Shown: positions 45,623 to 54,810 of the stretch, in pieces
Position numbering within the stretch: position 1 is the stretch's first letter
Layout of the letters: every line of letters begins with the position of its first letter
Assembly: GCA_020891255.1 (NCBI GenBank)
Contig: BQFW01000010.1
Coordinates: 186,001-250,000 of the forward strand
Direction: 5' to 3'
Origin: Entomortierella parvispora E1425
Lineage: Eukaryota; Fungi; Mortierellomycota
DNA: 64,000 nt
Translations under genes and position numbers: made by a program
The notes under the pieces: model-generated
The model's database searches: none
What the model was told of the DNA's origin: nothing
What the model saw: the letters and a program-made list of their open reading frames with translations, nothing else

Positions 45623-48414
45623 ATGGGTAAGAAGAGAGGCGTTGACTTGTCGTTCCCGAATATCATTCCTGCTGAATTGCTACTAATCATGAACTACCTC
45701 CCTTCCTACACCAACGTTCCCAATACTTTTCCCTCTTTTACTCGATTGCTTCTCTGTACTTGTACCGTCAGCTCGCGGCATTCCTTGTAAGTCTTTTGAG
45801 ATCAATGAACCATGGATCTCGCGATTGAAGCAAATGAAGCAAAAGCGAAACATATGGAAGAAGGCGCTGCCGCTAACAGAGCTTGACTCACGCTCTCCCT
45901 GTCCTTATCCTTGTGTCCCAAATAGCGTCCCCGAGAAGAAGCCATCGCGGGGGCCCTGCCAAAAGCAAGAAGAAGGAAGAAGAAGAGGAAGACGACGGCG
46001 GACTCACACGCTGTGTCTGCAAGCAGCAACGTAAGTGGATTCTCCCTTTCCTTTCCTTTGCTTCCCGAACCCAATCCACACCTGCGCTGCTCTGCCTGCC
46101 CTGCCCTTGTCCCGCTTTTTATTTCTTTTGTATTCCCTTTCCCTTATCACATATTGATGGTGGACAGTCGTCTCTCTCTCGTCATTTTCCATCTCACCTT
46201 TGCCTTCTCACACCTCATTCACCTCATTCACCTCTGACCCGACCCGTTCATGTTGGCCCTTTCACGGGCCTTGCCCGAGGCTCTACCTGCATCTCTGCAT
46301 GTGAGCAGCCATGGAATCATACCGACAGCTAACAAACATCTCCTTTCTCCATCTTCTCTTTTTCTTCCCCTACCTGCTCTCTGGCGCTCTTGGACTGCCT
46401 TCACCACACAGACCATGAAGGAGTCATGATCCAATGCGAGACCTGCAAGGTCTGGCAACACTGTCCCTGTGTAGGATTGGGCGATGGCGAGGTTACTCCG
46501 GACAAGTACTACTGCGACTCATGTCGTCCGCAGAACCATCCCTACAGAGTGCAGAATGGCGTCTTGTAAGTTATTTGGCTTTGGACTTGTTCTTGACACG
46601 ACCGAGAGTTTTCCTTTTGATGGGTGTGTGTCTTTCCCAGGTGCACGTTGGCTCATTTCAACTGATGCTTTGAACTCAAAAACTCGCCGATAGAATCTCA
46701 AACAATCAAAAGAAGAACTCCCAGCAACCCCCAGCAGCCACAAGTCACAAGCAAAAGACAACAAAGAAGAGGAGCACAATGAACTCGAAGGATGCATCAA
46801 TGTGGAGCGACCAAGAACATCAGGACCATTCAGACAGTCAGGAAATCAATCACCAAAGTAGCAGTACCACTAGAGGATCCAAACGTCGGAGAAAGACAGA
46901 AAGCACCTCTGAGGAGGACGATCATAACAATGACAAGGACACCCAAAATGCAGATCCAAATGGCATAGAACACGGGGACGATGACGACGATATCAAGGGT
47001 GATAGCAATGACGAGGGCGACCACAGTGGCGCCAAAGAGGAGGCTGCGGCCGACCATGGCCACGACTCGTCCAAGAATTCCACACACAGCGGCTTTAAGC
47101 GCGCAAAGTCACCGAAGACGAAGCGGATAAGCTCGAAACAGCAAGCGTCAGAGTCCCGATCCAGCTCCCCATCAGAGCCAAGTAAACCCGTCACCCCCAC
47201 CAGCAAAAGTAGTCAGCCACGGGCCGGTACCAGCAAGAACGCCCGTCCAGCTGAAGACGATGAAACGCTAGCAGCAGGAAAGACGACCGTAGTCCCTTCC
47301 ACCAAGAGGAGAAAAGTGAATGCCCAAGCCACACCCCAAAGGGATGGATCATCGTCGGTCGAGGAGCAGAACGAGGCCGACCACACAGGTAAAGTAGCAG
47401 AACTCTGGACGAGACTTTTTAAGCTCAGTTTGTCTATCGCGTTGGATGCTAACTAGTTAAACCAACCTTGTAGATAACGCCACCAAATCGCGAAAGACGA
47501 ACACGGGCGCAAGACAGAACAGGCGCAACGGCTACGCTAGTGAGCACGAGGACTATGTCAGCGACAGTCAGTCCGCTCCTTCAAAGGCCATTGATACCCA
47601 GAAATCCACTCAAGGACGTGCCGCAGCGTCACATCGTGTCTCTTCGTCTAACCCTACGACGCCTCAAACCTCGGGCAAGAAGTCGTTTGCAAAGAAGAAT
47701 GACCGGAATCATCGCGCAGGCTCAACTCCTCTGCCAGGAGAGAGTGACCACACACCAACGCCACAACCTTTGCCTCCCGCGCCCCCTGCTCCAGTCCGAT
47801 ACCCATCTCCAAAGATGTCCTTGCAGGATATGAATAAGCGGGCCAAGCTCCTGTTGGAGTATATCAGTCGAGTCCAGATCGACACAGCTGAGCGCCACAG
47901 TCGGAGTCTTACCAATTCTCCTTTTGGTGCGACTTCTCAAGCGAAGCTGGAATCGAGCATGGACACCGAAAAGATGGGTTGCAGTCACACGGATAGTCAT
48001 CAAGAGCGAACGCCCTGCAGCGCTATGGACACGCCATTGCTCTCAACACCGCCTCAGTCTGTGCACGAGCACCCTCTCTCAGACTCCACTGAGAAGGGCT
48101 CCACCGAGGTTGACGACATTATGGACAGCCAAGGGGCTCATATCCAAATTCAGACCCGGTATCGACCAGACTCTGCAGAGACAGAGTCGGCTGGCGACAA
48201 GGAACCCATCACTCCGCCCCCGCAAGGTCTGGGTTTGACATCTGATAGGGTTCACAATGGACGTGCACACGGCCTCCATGGTCGATCGGAAAGTCAATCC
48301 CCCACTGGCAGCGACCTAGCCTTGAACAAGGCGCGGGTGACAAGTCTTGAGTTGATGGACAAGCTGTCTGAAGATTTGATCCGCTTCCAAGCAAGGTTTG
48401 GCCAATATTGTTAG
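45623..48414 (+). CDS. CTI6: Cti6-like PHD-finger protein (632 aa); exons 45623-45626, 45926-46030, 46412-46565, 46694-47388, 47474-48414
   Basis: PHD finger TRCVC...MIQCETCKVWQHCPCVG...YYCDSCRP, then KRSTMNSKDA, MNKRAKLLLEYISRVQ and LMDKLSEDLIRFQARFG. The 4-nt first exon (ATGG|GTAAGA) is the least certain part. Confidence 0.8.
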
Positions 48415-49064
48415 TGGTTCTCCTGACAAGATGGCGACGTCTGTTCATGGAGCCAACTCAGTCTTCAAGAGGCATGGAAACAATGGGATGGATCCAACAA
48501 ATCACTCCCCTCACCCCCCCCCTGTTGGTTTACAGCCACGTATATATAGTATCTTCTTCTCTCCCCCCATTCCTCCCTCTTGTTTTCTTGCTCATTCTTT
48601 TCCATTTCTCAGTCTGTCTTGCCTGTTTCACTTGTTTGTTCGTATCCGTCACTTTTCCTTTTTCTTTTTCTTTTTTTTTCTGTTCTTCACCCTTTATTTT
48701 TTTTCTTGCTGCTCTCATAGCTGCCAATTGTACCAATACCATGTCACGCCACAACGGTGGCAACCCTTACTTCTCTATTTCCACAGACAGATTATGGTCA
48801 GCGCAAAAAGAAACAGAAAAAAAAAGACCCTCACCCCCTGTCATCTCTCCTTCAACTTGTTTCTACCGTCAATTTCCTGTTGTAGTATACTTTTATTCCT
48901 CCCTCATTTGTTTGTTCTCTTTCTCAATGGATCCAGTATCTTGGGAAAACACGAAAATGGCACTTCACTTCTCTTCTCTATACTAGTTTGGCTGCCAAAG
49001 TGGGGACCAATAAAAGAATTGAAAAATTATCAGCTCAATCCAAGTCTTTTTTTTTACACCCGTC

Positions 49065-51020
49065 CTAAATCGTAGTATACACAGGCTTATTTATAACCCT
49101 ATACTCGATCCCAGGGAGCAAGAGCTTGAGCTCCTTCCAGCAAGAAATCACGCCCAGGTACTTTTCCAGCCAGTCTACGTCATCTGTTATGAACGTGATC
49201 AGCTCCAGACGCGGCCAATGCTCAGCCATAAACATGATTTCATGGATCGTCAGACAAGTCCAAAAGTCCTGCACAAGACACAGCCGTCGCAGTTGCTTGA
49301 GATCCATCAAGCATTCCAGGTAGCCCGTTTGAGGCTCACCTAGACGCCAATCCCTTCCCAACAACAAGTCCGTATACGAGGGGCCCTCTTCTATGGTAAA
49401 TCGGGTCACATCTTTATACCCGAGCGTCAGATCTCGAAGTTGCGTCAACTCTCCAAGAGCCTCATAATACGCTGCCCTACCAAAGGTCGTGCCGTCAGGC
49501 TCACCCATGCTCATACAGAGCGTCGTCAGGCCCTTGCATTTCCATGTAAAGTTGTGATGGGCCGATTTTCGGATAATCCTGGTTTCCTCAAACCAAGGAG
49601 CATGGACTACCTTCAAGTTTGGACAAGAGCTGATGAGCTTCATCAGAATAGGGCTCCCTCGGTGATGACGGTCCTCCGCAATGATTTTCTCCAACGTGGC
49701 CTCATGGAGCAGCAGCCGCTGAAGCTTCATGCCCTCCCACGGGACATCATACGTCTCAAACGAGAGCAATCCTTGTCCGCCATAAGCCGCCTGCACAAGG
49801 GCCATGGTACTCAACTCAGCGTGACATTCCTTTCGCAGCCTGCCCGTCATCATGGCCTCGATGTGTCGGATCGACGGGCAAGAGCTTCGGATGGAATTCA
49901 CCAGGTTATCGGCACACCCTAAATCAACCCTGCTGTCGAGCCAAGGGACCGCCAGTCTCTCCAGTCCGCTCACACAATGCCTGAAGAACGGTATCAAAAA
50001 CTCCAACGGCCAGACTGTGTTGGGCAACTGTAGAGTCTTGAGGCGATGGGGTATGCGGTCCAGCTCCCGCGTTTGGAGCGTGGTCAGACAATTCTCAAAT
50101 GTCTTCAACCTCTCTTCCAGATACCTTTGCTTCTTCAACAGTAGGTCGTCGTCTGCAGACTTACTAGCCAAGATCTGGAAACCACATCTCAGCTCGACCA
50201 GATCCTTGAGCTCCAAAGCGCGACAGAGCAGCATGAGGCCGACATTCAGACTAACGGGCGCACTCAAATAGCTCTCTTGGGACGCAACGATCAAGGATTG
50301 GAGGTAAGGGAGGTGATTTTTGGTCAGCATGCCCAGGAAGGCGCGTTGGTTGTTGTCGTTTTTCCTGAGTAAAATGTAGGCTGGGACCTCAAGATGCGTC
50401 AGCCGAGGGGATATACGAAGGATACGGCAGATCTGATGAAAATAAGTCCCGTCGCTCCAAGATATGGGTTGGGCAAAGAGGCCCTCCTCTGACAACGGCC
50501 ACACCTCCTCCCGGTGTTTGGATCCGAGGTACGAAAATGGCTTTAAGAAAGAGAGTCGTCGGAGCCCATACCGTTGTTGCGGTTGCTGCCCTTCTGATGG
50601 ACGATCTGATGTCTTTAGGCGATGGACCAGTCCAGAGGCCCAGATAAGATCGTCGTTGCACTGCTGAATGGCTTTCGAGTTGAGGAGTGCGTCCGCAAAG
50701 ATGACGATGCGGGCCATGCCCGCCTTGGAAAAGTTGATGGACTGGATGAGATGCACGTATTTGTCCAGGATAGAGGCTTGTGGGAGCTGATTGCTAAACT
50801 CGGTGGGTATATCGCGCCAGAGAAAGGGCGAGATATCCATAGACATTTGCTTGCTCGTGAGGGAGAGCTCTCTTCGGTCTTGGAGCGGGAGGTACGAGAT
50901 GACATGCTCCAAGAGTTCGCGAATGGAAAAGATGGTGGCCAAAGTGGGTCGCCCAATCACAGCATCGTCAGGTGTTGATGGATCCAATGATGGACTTGTC
51001 TTTCTTCTCTTGGATGACAT
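49065..51020 (-). CDS. F-box/LRR-like protein, subfamily C (651 aa, intronless)
   Basis: IFSIRELLEHVISYLPLQDRRELSLTSKQM...SPFLWR. WPLEFLIPFFRHCV, WKCKGL, LTLGY and EHWPRL are shared with 60268 and 62436. Confidence 0.82.
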   Translation of the reverse strand: MSSKRRKTSPSLDPSTPDDAVIGRPTLATIFSIRELLEHVISYLPLQDRRELSLTSKQMSMDISPFLWRDIPTEFSNQLPQASILDKYVHLIQSINFSKAGMARIVIFADALLNSKAIQQCNDDLIWASGLVHRLKTSDRPSEGQQPQQRYGLRRLSFLKPFSYLGSKHREEVWPLSEEGLFAQPISWSDGTYFHQICRILRISPRLTHLEVPAYILLRKNDNNQRAFLGMLTKNHLPYLQSLIVASQESYLSAPVSLNVGLMLLCRALELKDLVELRCGFQILASKSADDDLLLKKQRYLEERLKTFENCLTTLQTRELDRIPHRLKTLQLPNTVWPLEFLIPFFRHCVSGLERLAVPWLDSRVDLGCADNLVNSIRSSCPSIRHIEAMMTGRLRKECHAELSTMALVQAAYGGQGLLSFETYDVPWEGMKLQRLLLHEATLEKIIAEDRHHRGSPILMKLISSCPNLKVVHAPWFEETRIIRKSAHHNFTWKCKGLTTLCMSMGEPDGTTFGRAAYYEALGELTQLRDLTLGYKDVTRFTIEEGPSYTDLLLGRDWRLGEPQTGYLECLMDLKQLRRLCLVQDFWTCLTIHEIMFMAEHWPRLELITFITDDVDWLEKYLGVISCWKELKLLLPGIEYRVINKPVYTTI

Positions 51021-51216
51021 TTCGAGGGAAGAGGAATGATGAAATGCAAGGAAAGAGCACGGAGCATGGGAACTTCTATTGGTCCGCCTGCATGGTGTCA
51101 GGGGGTGAGGGCCGCCTTTCATTGCTCGCATTCATTCAACCAGCCGCCTGGCCTGCATCTCCCATTTACTAGCCTGGGCTTTATTTCAATTTCCTTGCAC
51201 CTTCGACGTCCCGATT

Positions 51217-52920
51217 CTAGGAATATTGTATCCACTCAATGTCCCCCCACTTCCTACGCGCTTTTTTGATTTGATCCTTCTCAATAAACAACTTTAGTCC
51301 GCGTAATTCCAGTTTGCGTAGGCTCTTCAGTTGGGTCCACGCCTGGAGAGCGACTCCGACGTTCTGAACACGCGCTCGCTGGTGTGGGGTTTCGTCCTGG
51401 GCCGATTCCTCCGCCACAACATGTAGCCTACGGAACGCAGTGACGAGATTTGACGTGACAAGCCCATCTGCGTTGGAGTCATTGAGATCGGAGGGCGGTG
51501 GTTGAATCCAACCAAGTCGAAGATCCTCCAACCTAGACAGAGCGCTCAATTGCTCATACAAGACCTTGGGTTGAACTTCATCCTCCCCACTCTCCAGAGC
51601 AGGTGTCCTGTAATGGATTCTCAATACCTTCAGTCTCTCACAAGCCCAAGGGGTACAGAATAATGGGCCGTGGTCCCCATCCATGTCAGCCACATCCAAC
51701 AACGCGGGTCCATCTCGGTCGGCGTGAACTCGAGTATACTCTCTCCACTTGTGCTGCTCTTCAGGCGCCATCCAACGACTCTCCAATCGCATCAAGTCCA
51801 AAACCTCCAATTGAGAACAGGTCGTCAGCAGCCGCAAGATCCCCTCACTTGGCAAAGTGTCGTTGGCATGCATCCGAAACACCTCGAGGGTATCACCATG
51901 CTGCAAGACCGCATTTAGCAACGGCAATGAATTATCGTGGCGATCATTTCCAATAAACGTTCGAAGCCGTTGACACTTGTCGACCACCCTCGCTACGAAA
52001 CGGCCTGGGATGGACAGTGAACTAAAGTCCAGATGCTGTAGTCGAGGCATAAAGGCTGCAATAATGTCTGCCAATATCGGCACTTGTCGAGACCAGTGCA
52101 TCCCGGGGAATGCAATTCTCTCCATGTTGGAGCAGCGCTTCAAGAAACGAAAGAGCGTGTCTTGCTCATGATCATAGAATAGTCCCTGCACAGTCAAATC
52201 CTTGAGACCAAAGACGGGGTCCTCCTGTCCAGTGAGTCGTATCAGATTTTGTTGCGTCTCCTCTGATGTAAATCGCTGGAGGTAGCCCACGACGTTGGCA
52301 TTGAGAGAAAATCGCTCCAACTTGAGGGTGCTCCACAGCATATGACGGACAAGAGTGCAAGAGACATAGTCCCTGTGGTCAATCTCCATGTTCTTCAGTG
52401 ATGAATGCCGTCTCACAGTCTCAAAGAACGTAGCCACGGCGTCCATCTCGTACTTGAAGTAACCCAGGCGGAGTGTCTGGAGATGCGGCGACTTTTGAAG
52501 TAGCTCGAGGACAGTTGGCAGATATTTGATGTTGGATTGTCGCTTCCCATGACTCTGAAGGGATGGACTGTCTAGAACGAGGAGGTTGGGACAGGGCTGC
52601 GACAGAAAGATAGCCCAGACAGAAGGGAACGTGGACGAGACCTCTCTCACTCTGGACGCGTGGCGGGCCAAGCCAGCTTGCGCCTCGGGCTGTATGAATC
52701 TCTTGTAGGTGGACCTGCGGTGGATGCGGATACTCCTCCAGAGAAAAGGGGAAAAGGCAACATAAAAGTTGCTACTGACAAGCGTGCACCGCCGAAGCGA
52801 AAGATGGTCAAGATGATCACAGATGCGCGACTGCAAGAAGTGAATGTCAAAAATCGCTGCATGGGTTGTGAATGGAGCTGGCAAGATGGAGGCCGCAGTG
52901 GTGATTGTGGATTCGTTCAT
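51217..52920 (-). CDS. F-box/LRR-like protein (567 aa, intronless)
   Basis: IFDIHFLQSRICDHLDHLSLRRCTLVSSNFYVAFSPFLWRSI. RCSNMERI, LLTTCSQLEVL and WACERLKVL. Confidence 0.85.
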   Translation of the reverse strand: MNESTITTAASILPAPFTTHAAIFDIHFLQSRICDHLDHLSLRRCTLVSSNFYVAFSPFLWRSIRIHRRSTYKRFIQPEAQAGLARHASRVREVSSTFPSVWAIFLSQPCPNLLVLDSPSLQSHGKRQSNIKYLPTVLELLQKSPHLQTLRLGYFKYEMDAVATFFETVRRHSSLKNMEIDHRDYVSCTLVRHMLWSTLKLERFSLNANVVGYLQRFTSEETQQNLIRLTGQEDPVFGLKDLTVQGLFYDHEQDTLFRFLKRCSNMERIAFPGMHWSRQVPILADIIAAFMPRLQHLDFSSLSIPGRFVARVVDKCQRLRTFIGNDRHDNSLPLLNAVLQHGDTLEVFRMHANDTLPSEGILRLLTTCSQLEVLDLMRLESRWMAPEEQHKWREYTRVHADRDGPALLDVADMDGDHGPLFCTPWACERLKVLRIHYRTPALESGEDEVQPKVLYEQLSALSRLEDLRLGWIQPPPSDLNDSNADGLVTSNLVTAFRRLHVVAEESAQDETPHQRARVQNVGVALQAWTQLKSLRKLELRGLKLFIEKDQIKKARRKWGDIEWIQYS

Positions 52921-53150
52921 GGTGAAAGATGAAGAAAACAAGACAAGCGTGGGTTGGAAACTTTTTAGACCAGACAGGGCTGTGCTCCAGGCAGGGTCCA
53001 GCGAAGGTCGAAAACACGATCTGTCGTAGGTTGCAGTAGACGTTGCATGCTAAAGGCGCTGCTAGGAGGAGATGGAAGGGGTGAGAAGTTGGAAGGGAAG
53101 AAAAGAAAAGGAAGGAAAAGGAAAGAGTGTCTTCGTTCGCGATGGCCCGC

Positions 53151-53358
53151 CATAGCGTACCTGAATCACATGGCGTACCTGAATCACGACACGGCGTACC
53201 TGAATCACGACACGGCGTACCTGAATCGCGACAATGGCGTACCTGAATCACGACATGGCCTACCTGCATCCCGACATGGCGTACTTGCATCCCGACATGG
53301 CGTACTTGCATCCCGACATGGCGTACTTGCATCCCGACATGGCGTACTTGCATCCCGA
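53151..53358 (+). repeat. 21-bp minisatellite, 10 units, with a sequence gradient
   Basis: Units 1-5 are CAYGGCGTACCTGAATCACGA-type (18-22 nt). Unit 6 is the hybrid CATGGCCTACCTGCATCCCGA. Units 7-10 are identical CATGGCGTACTTGCATCCCGA. Confidence 0.95.
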
Positions 53359-53919
53359 CAGGGACTGGCAACAAGCAGGCCCAGGAGATCCTGAACTACC
53401 GCAGGAACAATGAGCGACCGCCTCCAGAGGTACACAGAAAATCCATGAAGATTGACGCGTGGTCAGCCCATCTTTCATTAATTCAATTTTTTTTTCCCTC
53501 CATTCTCTATTTCTTTCTTTTCTTCACCCATTCAATGTCCCCCTCTTTCGGCATTTAGATACCACAATAATAATATCTTCATATCTCTCTGTATACTAAT
53601 GTGTATTGTGATCCTCATGACCATTTTTCATGGTGAAGATCATACATGAGGATCGATCATTCTTATCTCACCGAAATCTTGAATAAAAATGACCCAAAAT
53701 TCTCGACATGAATTGGCTGAACAGCAAACCAACATGAAGAGCAAGGTGCAGAAAAAAAAAAGTGGGGGATGCCGAAAAGATCAGGGCACGCAAAAAAAGG
53801 AATCAAGGAGAAGGCGCAAAAAGATCTCAGAGGCTGGGACACCTCATTGGCCTGAAAGAGAAACTCTCGGATAAGACAGAACGCTGGTTTGTTCATGTTC
53901 AAAGCGGCCGAACATTTTG

Positions 53920-53926
53920 TATAAAA
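53920..53926 (+). promoter_or_regulatory. Putative TATA box of the small Cys-rich gene
   Basis: TATAAAA upstream of a predicted 5'UTR intron 54022-54121 (GTGAGT...ACAAAG) that ends immediately before ATG 54122. Confidence 0.5.
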
Positions 53927-54121
53927 AGGACGCCGTCTTTTCTTGTCCCTCTTTTTTTTTTTTCAACAGCAACAATATCAAATTTTTACAACCTTCATCA
54001 TCATCGTTCTCTAGCAACAATGTGAGTAACTCGCGCTCCTCTTATTCCAGTGCTCTGCTTGCAAGTATTACTGACAACTCAGTCTTTCTAAATCTGATCC
54101 CAACAATTTTTTTTTACAAAG

Positions 54122-54436
54122 ATGCTTCGTTTTACAGTCCTTGTCGTGATTACCGGGCTCTCTGCCTTGCTTTGCGAGGCATCACACGGTACATGCCCAC
54201 CTGCGGACGAATGCCATCGTGCTACCCTTCGACCGAAATGTGAGAGGGGAAGACCATGTCCGCAATGGGTGAGAGAAGTTGTGGTTTGTCAGTGGCCATG
54301 TGGCGATGAAAATCTCCCCGAAGGCTGCACAAAGTTCTCACCCGACAGCGGAATACTTTCTCGTCGTGGCCCATGCAGGACTGAACTTATTTGTAATCCT
54401 TGGTCTTGCAAAGCAGATGAGCAGCATCCAAACTAG
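54122..54436 (+). CDS. Small secreted cysteine-rich protein (104 aa, 10 Cys in the mature part)
   Basis: Signal peptide MLRFTVLVVITGLSALLCEA. Cys spacing C-x5-C-x8-C-x5-C-x9-C-x3-C-x8-C-x15-C-x5-C-x4-C. A TATA box and 5'UTR intron support a real gene. Confidence 0.75.
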   Translation: MLRFTVLVVITGLSALLCEASHGTCPPADECHRATLRPKCERGRPCPQWVREVVVCQWPCGDENLPEGCTKFSPDSGILSRRGPCRTELICNPWSCKADEQHPN

Positions 54437-54810
54437 TACTTCTCATCAAAAAAAAAAAAGGGGGGGGGGGGGGGGGACTCGGTATTGAAGAGAATTCGGG
54501 ATACATTTTCAATGCACATTCTTGGGTTCTATTCAATAATGAGACTGTGCGTCAACTCTCGCGGCGTGCCTGATCCCCCGTTGTCGGGAGGTAGCCAATG
54601 GAGTGTTCTGAACCGTTCATAAAATATATCGTTTTTCTATCAGGATTCTCCATCTGTGTTTCCTGAGGAGACGCGTCGAACATTGAAAATAAAAAACCGG
54701 TTTTGGTGCCGGCCTTTCAAACAAGGCTGAGGAGGACATGACAAGTTGACAACTACCATGACTTCACGGGATGATCTTGCACTTTATTGCAGAGTAAAAG
54801 TTTGGCATTG

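Noticed and set aside
53151-53358. CRISPR-like appearance of the 21-bp array
   Set aside because: Units are contiguous with no unique spacers, there are no cas genes, and the context is eukaryotic.
54448-54476. A12-G17 tract (also G15 at 14204-14218 and C13 at 58503-58515)
   Set aside because: Homopolymers are frequent throughout the window; there is no evidence for G-quadruplex function or a retroposed poly(A) tail with target-site duplication.
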